Assembly (NCBI RefSeq): GCF_902713615.1
Contig: NW_024055491.1
Coordinates: 62,001 to 126,000 of the forward strand
Length of the DNA stretch: 64,000 bases
Origin: Scyliorhinus canicula
Lineage: Eukaryota
Direction: 5' to 3'
This document shows, in pieces, positions 24,660-38,465 of this stretch. The stretch's first letter is position 1. Each line of letters starts with the position of its first letter. Both the position numbers and the translations under genes were made by a program. The notes below the pieces were generated by a model that was given only the letters and a program-made list of their open reading frames with translations, was not told the DNA's origin and searched no databases.

Positions 24660-25716
24660 TAGGGTTCAGTTCTGGGTGACTGCCTGTGTGGAGTTTGCAC
24701 CTTCTCCCCGTGTCAGCGTGGGTTTTCTCCCGGTGATCCTGATTCTTCCCACAGTCCACAGATGTACAGGTTAGGTGGATTGGCCACTCTTTTGAGGTCC
24801 ACCAACCATGCCAAATTGCCTCAGTGTCCAAGGATGTGCAGGTTAGGTGATTGGCCATTCTAAATTGCCCATTTGTGCCTATGTGTAGGTTTGGTTATTG
24901 GGATAGAATGGGTGAGTTGACTTGGGTGGAGTGCTCTTTCAGAGGGTTGATGCAGACTCGATGGGCCAGATGGCTATGAGGAGGATGCAGAGATGCTTCA
25001 GCAGGATTTGGACAGGCGGAGTGAGTGCACATGCATGGCAGATTCAGTATAATGTGGATGTCCCCTTCAGTAGCAAAAATAGGAAGGCAGATTATTATTT
25101 GAATGGGTGTAATTTGAGAGAGGTGGATACTCAGCGCGGCCTGTGTCCTCGTGCATCAGTCGCTGAAAGTAAGCACACAGGTACAGCAGGCAGGAAAGAA
25201 GGCAAATGGTATGATGGCCTTCATAACGGGAGGAATAGAGATATTTTACTGCAGTTTTATAGGGCATTGGTGAGGCCACACCTGGAGTATTTTGTTCAGA
25301 TTGGTGTCCTTATCTGAGGAAGGATGTTCTTGCTATGGGGGGAGTGCAGTGAATGTTTACCAGGCTGATTCCTGGGATGGTGGGACTGTCATATGAGGAG
25401 AGACTAAATCGGTTAGGATTATATTTATTGGAGTTTAGAAGAGTGAGAGGGGATCTCATCGGAACTTCCAAAATTCTAAAAGGATTAGACAGGGTAGATT
25501 CAGAAAGAATGTTCCCGATGGTGGGGGAGTCCAGAACTAGGGGTCATAGTTTGAGGATAAGGGGAAACATTTTCAGACTGAGGTGAAGAGAAAATTCTTC
25601 ATCCAGAGAGTGGGGAATCTGGAATTCGCTACCACAAAAATTGTTGAGGCCAAAACATAGTGTAATTTCAAGAAGGAATTAGATACAGCTCTTGGGGCTT
25701 GAGGGATCAAGGGAAA

Positions 25717-25748
<32 letters not shown>

Positions 25749-25800
25749 CGGGACCAGGGTATTGAACTTGATGATCAGCTATGATCAGAATGAATGGTGG
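24660..25800 (+). mobile_element. HE1-like SINE (24660-24965) followed by a decayed CR1 3' end
   Basis: SINE body, then remnants ALVRPHLEY, RLIPGMVGLSYEERL and RTRGHSL. Confidence 0.75.
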
Positions 25801-27519
25801 ACAGGCTCAAAGGGCCTGTTTTACTGCAATTGTATAGGGCCTCCTGCTGCTTCTATTTTTCTATGTCAATAGAATGGTATGTTGGCCTTCACAGTGGGAG
25901 GAATAGAGATGTTCTATATCAGTACAGGTGGATCTAAAATCAATACATTTATCTGTGTTCCATTGAGTCTGCAGCCAGTTTGCTCCATTGGTCTGTGTCA
26001 GTATTTATTCTCCACATGATCCTCCACCCACCCCTCTTCATCTCCCCCATCGGCATCTCCTTCTATTCCTTTCTCCCTCATGTCTGTATCCAGATTCCCC
26101 TTCAATGTATTCATGCTGTTCACCTCAACCACTCGCTGTGGTGGTGAGTTCTACATTCTCACCACTCGCTGGGTAAAGAGGTTTCTGCTGAAATTCCTAT
26201 TGAATTATTGAACCTCCTCATAATCTTCCATTAGGTCACTTTTCAGTTTTCTCTTTTCTAGAGAAAAGCAGTCCCAGTCTTTCCTAAGGATTAAATGCTC
26301 TGTTCTCGTATAGTCTTGGAATCTTTGTTCCTTTTCCAGAGCCTCTATTTCCTTTTTCTAAATGGAGATCACCAATGTTGACGGTGCTCCCAGTGTCGTC
26401 CAGCCCTGGATCTAAACAAGTTGAACTTAACTTCCTGCTTTTCAATTCTCTCCCTCTGGAATGGAACCCTATATATGGGCCCCACACTTTAGGAAAGATG
26501 TGAAGTTCTCGGAGAGAGTGCGGAGATTTACGAGAATGGTACCTGAGATGAGGGACTTCAGTGAGCGGGGGAGACTGGAGCAGCTGCAATTGTTGTTTTG
26601 AGATCTGTCATGATATCAGAGGGAGCCATTCAGCCTATTGATTCCCTGTTGGCTCCCTGGAGCAAACTAGTCAGTCTCTGTATCCCTGTAGCCGTGCAAG
26701 TTTAGATCCCGAGATGCCCATTCGGTTTCCATTTGAAATCTTCCATTGTCTTCATTCCCACCCTCCTCACGGGCAACGAGTTCCAGGTCATTACCATTCC
26801 CTGCATCAAAATATTCTCCCTCACATTCCCTCTGCATCTTTTACCCAAAACCTGAAATCTTTCTCCCCCTTGTCCTTGTCCCTTCAGCTAATGGGAACAA
26901 CTTTTCTTTATCCACCTTATCGAAACCTGTCATAATCTTGTCCACCTCTATCAACTCTCCCCTCAACCTCCTTTGCGAAAAGGTGAACAACCCCTACCTG
27001 ACATCGACCATAAAGAACAAACCGAATATGTTAATGTCTGAAATCACAGAGGAACGTTCATTTTCTGTTTTAAAGATATTGTGAATATATTGTCCTGGAC
27101 AATAAATGAATTGGAATACTTTACCATGGGTGTGTCTGAATGGAATGTTTCAATCTGGTATCCACATACGTTCTAGTGAAAGCCTGGAATGTGTAGATGG
27201 GATGAATGAGTTGATCACTTTCTCTTGGAAATATTTCCATCCTTGCCCATGAATTTTGTTTTAAAGAAATCCACATTTGAAAGCCCGGCCACTATGTTAA
27301 ATATCAGCACTGGAACAGGGAAATAAGAAAGACAGACACTCACTTTGGTCTTTTCATCAACACATCTGAGTTAAGAGTGTGTGACATGATTTTGGTACAC
27401 TGGTGTGAGTGTGTAGATATCATTTGTTACATGTGAAAAATAGCAAGTGTAAATTTACGGTGAAATGGGCTGAAGACCGGGTCCCAAACACACACAGCTA
27501 CTTGAGACACAGCAGGAGA

Positions 27520-28108
27520 TGAAATGGTAGAGGAATTGTGTTTCGGAACCATGAGGTCATGTTGCAGTTGTACAAAACTCTGGTGTGGCCGCATTTGGAG
27601 TATTGTGTGCAGTTCTGGTCGCCACATTATAGGAAGGATGTGGAAGCATTGGAAAGGGTACAGAGGAGATTTACAAGAATGTTGCCTGGTATGGAGGGAA
27701 GATCGTATGAGGAAAGGCTGAAGGACTTGAGGCTGTTTTCGTTAGAAGAAGGTTAAGAGGTGACTTAATTGAGGCATACAAGATGATCAGAGGATTAGAT
27801 AGGGTGGACAGTGAGAGCCTTTTTCCTCGGATGGTGATGTCCACCACGAGGGGACATAGCTTTAAATTGAGGGGAGATAGATATAGGACAGATGCCAGAG
27901 GTAGGTTCTTTACTCAGAGAGTAGTAAGAGCGTGGAATGCCCTGCCTGCAACAGTAGTGGACTCGCCAACACTAAACGCATTCAAATGGTCATTGGATAG
28001 GCATATGGACGATAAGGAAATAGTGTAGAGGGACTTTAGAGGGGTTTCACAGGACGGCGCAACATCGAGGGCCGAAGGGCCTGTACTGCGCTGTAATGTT
28101 CTATGTTA
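27520..28108 (+). mobile_element. 5'-truncated young CR1 copy, same family as 291-4767
   Basis: Very similar to the ORF2 C-terminus (HEVMLQLY...DKHMDDK); ends gcgctgtaatgttctatgtt. Confidence 0.9.
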
Positions 28109-28379
28109 ATGTGACCAAGGGATTGAGACAATATTGTGACAGCATCAAAGCATTGACACACACTCCAGAGAGAAACTGACTTTAAAACAACCAATGGAAA
28201 TGGTGCTTCTACCCAGAGTGCAATGGTAATGCTGCTGCACTTTGATACTACTGCTCAGACATTAGACTGTCAACTCTTATTTATACTGAATAAAATCTAC
28301 CCACTGCCACCAATAAGGGCTATAACTGTGAATCATTTCAGAGTTTGGGGAAGTGGGGGTGTTAGGGGTCAATATAAAT

Positions 28380-29570
28380 TAGGAGCAGGAGTCGACCATT
28401 CGTCCCCTCGATCCTGCTCCTCCATTCAATGAAATCAGGGCTAATCTGATTGTGGTCTCAACTCCACTTTCCTTCTCCATCCTTTCATTCTGTTGTCAAT
28501 CAAGAATCGATCAAATTCAGCCTTAATGCAGATTCAATGACCCCACCTCCAGCCCTCTCTGGGGAAGGAGGATCCATAGACCCAGCCATCAGGGGGAAAA
28601 ATTATCAGCATCATAAATGGGAGACCCCTTATTTGTAAATGGTGTCCCCTAGTTCTAGTCTCTGCCACAAGGGGAAACATTCTCTCTGTCAATTCCACTC
28701 AGCGTCTCCTGTGTTTAAATAAGATCATCTCTCATTCTTCTAAACTGCAAAGGATACAGGCCCAACCTGTCAAACCTTTCCTCAGAGGATAACCCCCTCA
28801 TTCCAGGAATCCAGAGTCAACCTTCTCTATACTGCTTCTAATGCACTTATCTCATTTCTGAAATAAGGAGACCCAAACGGTACACAGTGCTCTAAATATG
28901 GTCTCACGAAGGCCCTGTAAAACTGCAGCAAAACATCCCCACTTTTATATTCCATTTCCTTTGCAATTTACAATATTCCATTGACCTTCCTAATCACTTG
29001 GTGTACCTGCAGACTAACTTGCGATTCCAGGACACCCGATCCCTCTGTATCTCCGAGTTCTGCAATCTCTCCCCATTTAAATAATATTGTTTTATTTAAT
29101 ACTTCCTGACAAAATGGACAATTCACATTTTCCAAAGTTATGCTCCATCTGCCAGGTTTTTGCCACCCGCTTAACCTATTTGTAGTCAGAGTACTTAAAT
29201 CCACTTCACAAATTACTTTCCTACCCATCTTTGAGGCATCAGAAAATTTAGCCGCAGACATTCAATCCCGTCATCCAACACATTCATACAGATTGTAAAT
29301 GGTTGGGAGCCCAGCACTGATCCTGGTGACATTCCACTTGTCACATCTTACCCACCCAGAAATGGCCCATTTATACCTACTGGCTGCTTCCTGTTCGCCC
29401 ACCAATCCTCTATCATTGCTGATATGTTGACCCCACGCCATGAGTTCTTACTTTGTGTAATAACTTGATGTGACACCTTGGGAAATGATAAAAGCACATC
29501 TACAGGTTCCCCTTTATTGACATCCCTTGTTACCTCCTCAAAGAATCTTAATAAATTAGTCAATCACGAT
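28380..29570 (-). mobile_element. Old CR1 ORF2 3' fragment
   Basis: Remnants TNLLRFFEEVT, KFSDASKMG and VIRKVNGIL. Confidence 0.7.
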
Positions 29571-31192
29571 TGATTTCATGAACCCATTTTCAATCACTGT
29601 CAAAAGAAAAATCAGATTTCCTCTACCCCTCTGGCTCCTTTGCCAGTTACCTTAGACGGACTCACTTTCTGTTAAAGAGCCTGTCAACCCCTGTCACCCA
29701 CTTTCCCGAAAGTGAACAAATTTAATCAGGAAAAGTCCAACAAATTCAAATAGTTTACTGTTAAAAGTTTATTGATAAAGCAGAACATGGTTAAAAAAAA
29801 ACTAACAGAAAATTACTTGAGGATCAAAGACAACCAGAGTAACAGGATGTTCACAATGTTCTGGGTCCCAAATGGTTTCCCTTCAGCTCCTCTGTACCCT
29901 GTTCCCGTGACTCCCCGCTTTGGACACGGGGGCACTGAACCCTGGGGGTCACATCACCGTCAGCCCCGGTCACCCCCCCCCTCGCCCCGGTCACCCCCCC
30001 TCACCCCGAACCCTGATTGGTTGGATGTCCAGTTCCCTGTCAGTCCTCCAGCACCTTCCTGTCTCTATTAGCGACGCCCATGGCAGTTTCCCAACTGGGG
30101 AACAGGCCCCGTTATTCTCAGCTAAATTCAGCCCTCAGCTCCATCACCTGGCTGTCATTGACACGAGCAATAGAGACAGAAAGGTGCCCGAGGCTCAAAT
30201 AGGAAGACAAAACTTGTGGATTTGGACCCCCATAAAGGTCAGCAACGTCTTCAAAAAAATCAAATTCCCAGTCAACAAATTAAAGGATCACACGGCGGGA
30301 CTTCAAGTCTTATGATTTTAATGCAACAAACAAACGAGAAGCTACTTTAACTCGGAAACCTACATATTAAACTATAAACTAGAACGTTGCCCGTTTGCAC
30401 AATCTAAAACCACACTCCACGATTATAGTTACCCGGCCCTATAAGTCGAAACTTAATTGTCTCAGAACCTGTCCAAGGTGATGATTCATTCCTGAGGATT
30501 TATGTCCGTTCTTCGACCAAGACACCGAGAGACAAAGGGAGAATAGAATAGAATGTGAACGAGCAAAATACATCAAAATGGACTGCAAAAGTTTCTATGG
30601 CTACGTAAAAAGGAAACGTTTGGCTCAGTTAAAAGTTTTGTCTGTTCCAGACAGAGTCAGGAGAATTTAGAATGAAGAATAGAGATCTCTATAGCCACCT
30701 CGTTCAACACTCTGGGATGTAGATCATCAGCTTTTGGGGATTTATTCACTTTCAACCCCATTAATTTCTCCAGTGCTACCTTTTCACTAATTCTCATCTC
30801 TTACTGTTCCTTGGTTCTCTGGTGTTTCGGGGACAATTTCTGTATCTTCCTCTGTGAAGACAGACACACATTGTTTAGTTTCTCTGCCATTTCCTTACTC
30901 CCCATTATAAAATCTCCTGTCTCTGCCTGGAATGGACCCACATTGGTCTTTGCTAATCTTTTCCTTTTCACATTCCTGTCGAAGCTTTTCCAGTCGGTTT
31001 TTATGTTTCTCACCAGTTTGCTCTCATCAGTTTCTTGGTCCTCCTTTGCTGAATTTTAATGGATCTCATGGAATCTTTTAACTTTCCTTGTTAGCCACGG
31101 TTACATCATTTTTCCTGTTAGATTTTTGTTCCTTAAAGGAATCTATATTTGTTGTATATATGTGAATTAAAAGTTGCAAAAATCCCAGAGGA

Positions 31193-31392
31193 CCATAGGC
31201 TGCTCTCCCCTTTGACAGAGAGAGAGCTGACTGAGGGTAATTTAACCCGAGGGTCAGCACACCTCAGGCGAGGGGCCTGGTTGAGAAGGGGGGGGGGGCC
31301 TTCGTGAATAAACTCAGCCAGTACGGGAGTTGAATCCTCTCTGTTGACCTCGCTCTGCATCACAAACCAGCCGTCCAGCCAACTGAGCTAAT
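31193..31392 (-). mobile_element. tRNA-derived SINE, family 3 (tagctcagttggctggacggctgg head)
   Basis: A-box-like agctcagttggc and B-box-like ggattcaactcc; paralogue at 47482-47672. Confidence 0.75.
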
Positions 31393-31905
31393 CGACCCCC
31401 TGATAAATATGTAATAATTCCTTAAATATTAGGTATTCCCTGTACCAATTAGTTTCCCAGTCAACCTCAGACAACTTGCCCCTCATACACTGATAGTTTT
31501 CTTCTGTGAGGACATCCAGATAAATTAAACAAAGGAACCATGTAACCACCAGGGCCCATCTCCATGGCAACGTGGCTTTGCGGGCGGGCGGGGGGATTCC
31601 GAACAGAAATGGAAACTAAATATCTCCACAATTCCAAACACCCTTTCACTCTGAGATCCTTGTGCAATTTGAAGCCAGGTATTAGCAACAAGGCTCAAAC
31701 AGCATCAGCCCACTGGAGGCAAAGTGGTGAGACCGGCCAGTCCAGCAGAAAGAAACCCTTCGACCATCCCCACTGACCACCTGTCAGAATGAACTAAATG
31801 TAGTTCTGGGTGCGGAGCAGAAACAATAACAGCAGAATCCAACCCCTGTAATCAATTGTGAAATTGTTGGTGTCACAGCAGGTGTGGTGAAATATGCAGT
31901 CCCGT

Positions 31906-32691
31906 CTAACATTGAGAGGTGAATGGTCTCTCCCCAGTGTGAACTCGCTGGTGTCTCCGCAGGGTGGATAACTGAGTAAATCCTTTCCCACACTGGGAGC
32001 AGGTGAATGGCCTCTCCCCAGTGTGAACTCGCTGGTGTGTCTGCAGGTGAGTTAACTGACTGAATCCCTTCCCACACTGAGAGCAGGTGAAAGGCCTCTC
32101 CCCAGAGTGAACTCGCTGGTGTGTCTGCAGGGCGGGTAATTGAGTAAATCCTTTCCCACACTTGGAGCAGGTGAATGGCCTCTCCCCAGTGTGAACTCGC
32201 TGGTGGCTCCGCAGGTGGGAAATGTGAGTAAATCCTTTCCCACACTGAGAGCAGGTGAATGGCCTCTCCCCAGTGTGAACTCGCTGATGTGTCTGCAGAT
32301 TGAATAAATTACTGAATCCCTTCCCACATTGAGAGCAGGTGAATGGTCTCTCCCCAGTGTGAACTCGCTGGTGTGACTGCAGGTTGGATAACTGAGTGAA
32401 CCCCTTCCCACACTGGGAGCAGGTGAACACCCTCTCCCCAGTGTGAACTCGCTGATGCTTCCACAGGCCGGATGAATCACTGAATCCCTTCCCACACTGA
32501 GAGCAAGTGAATGGCCTCTCCCCAGTGTGAACTCGCTGGTGTGTCTGCAGGCTGGATAACTGAGTGAATCCCTTCCCACACCGAGAGCAGGTGAACGGCC
32601 TCTCGCCAGTGTGACTGCGTATATGAACCTCCACCTGAGATGGGGCTTGGAATCCCTTCCCACAGTCCTCACATTTCCACGGTTTCTCCAT
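31906..32691 (-). CDS. C2H2 zinc-finger protein ZNF-E, 9 intact fingers (261 aa), tenth finger truncated
   Basis: Uninterrupted ORF from [10 protein letters not shown] with TGERPFT linkers; acceptor tttttacag|gttatt at 33051. Confidence 0.88.
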   Translation of the reverse strand: MEKPWKCEDCGKGFQAPSQVEVHIRSHTGERPFTCSRCGKGFTQLSSLQTHQRVHTGERPFTCSQCGKGFSDSSGLWKHQRVHTGERVFTCSQCGKGFTQLSNLQSHQRVHTGERPFTCSQCGKGFSNLFNLQTHQRVHTGERPFTCSQCGKGFTHISHLRSHQRVHTGERPFTCSKCGKGFTQLPALQTHQRVHSGERPFTCSQCGKGFSQLTHLQTHQRVHTGERPFTCSQCGKGFTQLSTLRRHQRVHTGERPFTSQC

Positions 32692-33779
32692 GTTTTGGGT
32701 CTCCTCGTGTCTCTCTAGGCTGGATGATCAGTTGAAGCCTCATCCACACACACAACATGAGTACGGTCTTTCCACGCTGTGAATAGTGTGATGTTTTTTT
32801 AGGCTGTGTAACTGGTTAAAGCTCTTTCCACAGTCAGTTCATTGGAACACTCTCACTCGGGTGTGTGTTGTGTGGGTCTCGGTGCTTTTCCAGTCACACT
32901 GATGTTTGAAATCTTTAGCTGACAGTTCCGGTAAACATTTCATTTCTTGATTCAAAGGCCGGTGATATTCAGGTTCTAAGGAATCGAGTGACTATCAGGT
33001 CGAGACGTGTCTTTTGAGATTTCTGTCTGTAATTCCTCCTTGTCTAATAACCTGTAAAAACAATTTACAAAATTCAACACTGTCAGTACAGGGTAGAAAC
33101 AGACAATTCTAGTTTCTATGTCACATTTTGTTCTCTCTCTTATTCCCCGAAAGCTGCAAATTTCCATCCCACACACTCTCCCTCCATTCTCACTCTGCTG
33201 TATCTAATATTCACCCTCCCAATTCTCCTGAAGGTGCTGATTAATGTTGATTGACAGATCCAAACTCACAGCTTCCTGTCCAGGAGATCAGAACAAATAT
33301 GAGCTGCAGTCAGCCATTCGGCCCATCAAACCTGAACCATTCAATGAGATCATTGGCCGATCTACCTCATCACCATTTTCCCACGCTAGCTTCATGTCCT
33401 TTGACCTCTTGAATATCTAGAAACCTATCAGTCTGTGGCTTGAAAATACTCGATGACTGAAGCTCTAGAATCCTCGGAGGTAGAGAATTCCAAAACCTTC
33501 ACCACATCCTCGAATAAAGAAATCCCATCTCATCTCAGCTTTCTCTCCATTTACCTGCCAGTTCCCCATAACCCTCAATCAGAAATCTGTCTGTGGCTGT
33601 GGGGTTGGGGGGGGGGGTGTCAGACATGTGATATGGGTGGGGGAGTAGCTGCCTTACCACAGGTTCTGGTGCCACTAAACTATAATCTGACAGTCATCCT
33701 GATTGCCTGGCACTCATCTACCTAATCCTTGCATTAATATTTGTTATCGTGTCCCTGGAAGATTCGGGGTTTGGTCTGG

Positions 33780-34810
33780 TAGGATTATGCTGGAAAAAGT
33801 GAAGAAATCATCGATAAACAGCGCAGGTGGATTCAGCGGGGATGGAGCCGCCTTTTCAACATGGCTGCCTGACCCTCAGGAGGTCTCTCGACCCCCCGCT
33901 CTCCGGGGCTCTCTGGGAGGTGGCGAAAATGATGTCTGCCGACATTATCCGTGGTTTTGACCAGAGACTGAGTGTGCTGACTCAATATCTATGAACTCAT
34001 GCGGCCCAGTTGCAAAACACCATGAAGAGGCTCGATGATCCTGTGGAGAGAATCCTGAACATTCAGCAAGATGCCTCCGTATTCAATCCTTTGAAAACCA
34101 GCCAAGGAGGTGCTGGAGGACTTGGAAGACCGAGGGTCGGAGAAAGAACATCCGAGCCATTGGCCTGTCGGATGGTCATCATAGAATTTACAGTGCAGGA
34201 GATCACTCGGCCCATTAAGTCTACGCCTTGGAAACAGCACACCACCCAAGCCCATAACCCATCCCCGTATCACAGTGACCCCACCTAACCTTTTATTTGG
34301 GCACTAAGGGAAACTTATCATGGCCAATCTACCTAACCTGCACATCTTTGATCTCTGGGAGGAAACCGGAGTACCCGGAGTAAATCTACGCAGACACGGG
34401 GAGAACGTGCAGATTCCAGAGAGACAGTGACCCAAGCCAGGAATCAAACCTGGGACCCTGGAGCATTGAAGCAACTGTGCTAACCACTGTGCTACCGTGC
34501 TGCCCATAAATAGTTTTCATCCCAGGCCTGTAATAATTCGCTTCCACAACTTGAAAGTATGTCCTGGAGAGGGAACGGCGAGGTAGCACCTGGCTCCAGG
34601 AAGGAGTGAGGATTTACTTTTTCAAGGACTTTTCGGCAGCAACACAAACAAAACATCGAGGCTTCGATGAAGTTCAAAGGCAGCTCAAGCCTGTGTGGAG
34701 CGAATTACATCAGGCTTTATCCTGAGACCCGAAAAATGGTATCCAACAACTCCGTCAAGTCTTTCAATAATCCAACTATTGCCTTGACCTTCATTCAATC
34801 CATGAAGGGC
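33780..34810 (+). mobile_element. L1 ORF1 relic split by an HE1-like SINE (34170-34505, minus)
   Basis: Frameshifted LEDLEDRGRRKNIRAIGL (L1 ORF1 LENRSRRxNIRIIG motif), HPRPVIIRF and FFKDFSAA...RLYPETR. Confidence 0.7.
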
Positions 34811-35394
34811 CAGGATCTGGAGGGATGGTTTACAGCTCAGACTAACTCAGGTTCTAATCCAGACTCTTTCCCTGTCATGGTGTTGTCTGAATTTCAGAAT
34901 CACAGAAATACACATAGGGACAGGAATAAGCCATTCAGCCCCTCGAGTCTGTCCTGCCATTTAGTGGGATCAGACTGATCTGTGACCTAACCCCATATCC
35001 ATTAATACCTTTGCTCAACAAAACTCAGATTTAAACTTAACAACTGTTCCAGCTTCACCTGCTGTTTGTGGGAGAGAGTTCCAACCCTCTCCCACCCTGT
35101 GTGTGAAGAAGTTCTTCCTAACATCTCTCCTGAACGGTCCAGCCCTGATTTTTAGACAATGATCCCTAGTTTTAGCATCTCCAACCAGTGGAAATAGGTG
35201 ATCTTTATCGGCCCTGTCTTTCCCTGTTAATATCTTAAATACTTCAATTAGATCACACCTTAAATATCCAAATTCTAGCAAAAACAGGCCTAATTTGTGG
35301 TTAAAACTTTGGGTCAGAGCCACTGCAATCTCTCCCTCACATCCCACAGCATCCTGGGACACAATTCATCCAGAGCTAGTAATCTAATAATCTT

Positions 35395-35705
35395 ATGGGT
35401 GGCACGGTAGCACAGCGGGTAGCACTGTTGCTTCACAGCACCAGGGACCTGGGTTCGATTTTGTGCTTGGTTCACTGTCTGTGGGGAGTCTGTATGTTCT
35501 CTCTGTGTCTGCGTGGGGTTTTTCCGGGTGCTCCGGTTTCCACCCACAAGTCCCGAAAGATGAGCTTGTTAGGTGAATTGGACATTCTGAATTCTCACTC
35601 TGTGTACCCGAACAGGCGCCTGAGTGTGGCGACTGGAGGATTTTCATCGTAACGTCATTGCAGTGTTAATGTCAGCCTACTTGTGATACTAATAAAGATT
35701 ATTAT
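35395..35705 (+). mobile_element. SINE with an HE1-like head and a family-2-like tail (second copy at 37740-38030)
   Basis: tRNA-like head; tail cctacttgtgacaataaagattatta. Confidence 0.75.
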
Positions 35706-36039
35706 GAATGGGCCAAAGAGCCTCTATCCGTGCTGTAAAGAGGGGGAATGAATGAGAAGGACTTTACAGAGAAACTGCCAAAGCCACAACATTCACCAGC
35801 TCTAAGGACAGACCTTAGCTCCCTTTCCGATCTGAAAGCAGCCTGAGCTGGATTTACATTCCCCTTAATTCATCATTGCTGGGTGATAATCCTGTACTTC
35901 CTTACCTCACACCACTGTGACAGCACCTTCACTACACAGACTGCAGCAACTGACCAAACATCACCTTCCCAGTTATTCCTGAAGGCACCGCCTTCCCAAC
36001 CTGGCCCCTTGCCTGAGGTGTGGTGATCCTCAGGTCACA

Positions 36040-36180
36040 TCACCGCCGGTCAGCTCTCTCTCCCGGGACCAGACCCTGCTTCTCAGCCGCCATCTTGGTT
36101 CACCGGAGAAGCAGAGCGCATGCGCTGGCGTCTTGGGACGCAACAACTGGTGGGCGGAACCTGAAGGTTTCTGTTGCCAG
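36040..36180. promoter_or_regulatory. Promoter module P3, inverted paralogue of P1
   Basis: GCCGCCATCTT at 36086-36096 and GCGCATGCGC at 36116-36125; its reverse complement aligns with 13240-13300. Confidence 0.7.
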
Positions 36181-36734
36181 CCGGGTCCTAGCGCCCCAAG
36201 AACGCAAATATTGTAACAGGTTTTTTAAATGTTTCACCCACTCCCAGGCGCCTGAAGCTGATGTTTGCAGCCTGGAGGTGTCTGTGGATCACGTATACAT
36301 TTAGTGTGAGAGGCTGCAGCCTCTATATAGCTACCTGAAGGGGGTTATACAACGGTTGATTACATTTCGTGGACCTTTCCTGTCCATTATCAGGATGTTT
36401 GTGTGATATTTCCTGACCCTCAGCGTGATATTTCTTTATTTAAAATACAGTTCAGCAGCAGGCTTACTGGTGATTTTTAAAGGAATAAAGGTTATTTATT
36501 TTTTACAATCTTCCCCTGGATGTTTGAGCATCCCAGTCTCTCGGCTCTTTCACTCACTGACATAGACAGAAATTAGATACAGATCAAGTTGAAGCTGTGA
36601 TGATGAAAATGGAATGTAGACTGCAATCTTTATATCGCTGCAGGTCTGACGTCTTCTTATTGAGCTGATCCTTTAGTTGGAGTGAAGCGTTTTTAAAAAC
36701 AAATAATTCTCATGAGTCTCTGAATCTCCTTATA

Positions 36735-37165
36735 AGACCATAAGGCATAGGAGCAGAATGAGGCCATTTGGCCCATCGAGTCTGCTCCGCCATTCAATCG
36801 TGGTTGATATTTTTTCATCCCCACTCCCCTGCCTTCTCCCCATAACCCGTGATCCCCTTATTAATAAAGAACCCACCTATCTCTGTCTTAAAGACACTCA
36901 GTGAATTGGCCTCCACAGCCATCTGCGGCAAAGTGTTCCACAGATTCACCATCCTCTGGCTGAAGAAATTCTTCCTCATCTCTGTTTTAAAGGATCGTCC
37001 CTTTAGTCTGAGATGGTGTCCTCTGGTTCTAGTTTTTGCTGCAAGTGGAAACATCCTCTTCATGTCCACTCTATCCAGGCCTCGCAGTATCTTGTAAGTT
37101 TCAATAAGATCCCCTATCATTCTTCTAAATCCCAACGAGTACAGACCCAAAGTCCTCACACGTTC
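36735..37165 (-). mobile_element. 5'-truncated CR1 3' end
   Basis: ORF 36815-37159 LGLYSL...GDLIETYKIL...RTRGH; tail cataaggcatag. Confidence 0.8.
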
Positions 37166-38289
37166 TTGTAGATGAAGAGCCAGGAGGTTGGGTCTGAGGT
37201 GGGCTTGGAAGCTGGAATAAGTTCAGTCCTGTGGCTGCACTGGGAGACTTTCAGCTCTGCTGGTTCAGCTGGTTCCTGGTGCTTCTCACACACACATTTG
37301 CTTTGTTCAGAGCTTATTATACTGCATCCCTGACAATTAACTGCAGGGTTAAAACTCTGGGGCCCAGAACACCCCGATACAATAGCAGTTTACGATGCTC
37401 ACTCACGCTTATCTCTGTCCCAATTCAAGGTCATTCTCCTGTGTTCAATACGGCACTTGGAGACCAACAGTCCCGAGATTTCATATTCCTCAAATGCTGG
37501 TTCATCCTGACACAACGACACATTTAAACTTCACAGGTGGCTGCAAAGTTTCCTTATTCAGGTCCGTGTTTAACTAAATATTGGTCACAGCATCGAATAT
37601 TGCCCACAGTTTAATGTCCACAGTAACCTGTTAAGTTGCAGCCACTTTGGCAGAGTTTGTGGATCTGACAGTATACTATCTAATATTCTTGTGCTGAGCG
37701 TGAATCTACTTTGAGTCTGGTTAAAACAGTGCATTGTAGCTGGGTGGGGTAGGGTAGCACTGTTGCTTCACAGTTTCAGGGTCCCAGATTCGATGCCCAG
37801 CTTGGGTCACTGTCTGTGTGGAGTCTGCACGTTCTCCCCGTGGGTTTCCTCCGGGTGCTCCGGTTTGCTCCCACAAGTCCCGAAAGACGTGCTGTGAATT
37901 GAACATTCTGAATGCTCCCTCTGTGACCCAACCATGCGCCGGAGTGTGGTGACGAGGGGCTTTTCACAGTAACTTCATTGCATTGTTAATGTAAGCCTAC
38001 TTGTGACAATAAAGATTATTATTATTATTATGGAGGGGGTGGGCGGTTACTCTGGCTGCCGACTTCTGTTCTGTGGTCTTGTCTATTCCCAGTGGTCTTG
38101 CAGAGGGAGCATGTGGCATCCACCGGAATGCGTGACACCTTCCACACCCAGTGGATACCTCAGCGGACAGAGTGTTTCAGAGACACTGGGGACAATATTC
38201 TGGTTCAAAACTTCTTTTTCAGGCATTAGAACGGGAGATTTGGCAGCTGGGCAACTCGAACCAAATATAACATTAAGATCTGACTCAAT

Positions 38290-38465
38290 TCATTAGGACC
38301 TACATATCACAAACTGTCAATGTGTTTGTCTGTTCTGACTGTGGGAAGAGATTTCAAACATCAGTGTGACTGGAAAAGCCCCGAGACCCACACAAACCTG
38401 AGTGGGAGTGTTCCAGTGAACTGACTGTGGAAAGAGCTTTAACCAGTTACACAGCCTGAAAAATC
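38290..38465 (+). pseudogene. Zinc-finger exon fragment ZNF-F (fossil leader fingers only), truncated by a CR1 piece
   Basis: FVCSDCGKRFQTSV*LEK and [15 protein letters not shown], homologous to the leaders of ZNF-B, D and E. Confidence 0.7.

Noticed and set aside
31784-32672. Alternative-frame ORFs over ZNF exons ([12 protein letters not shown] repeats)
   Set aside because: Shifted readings of the 84-bp finger repeat.
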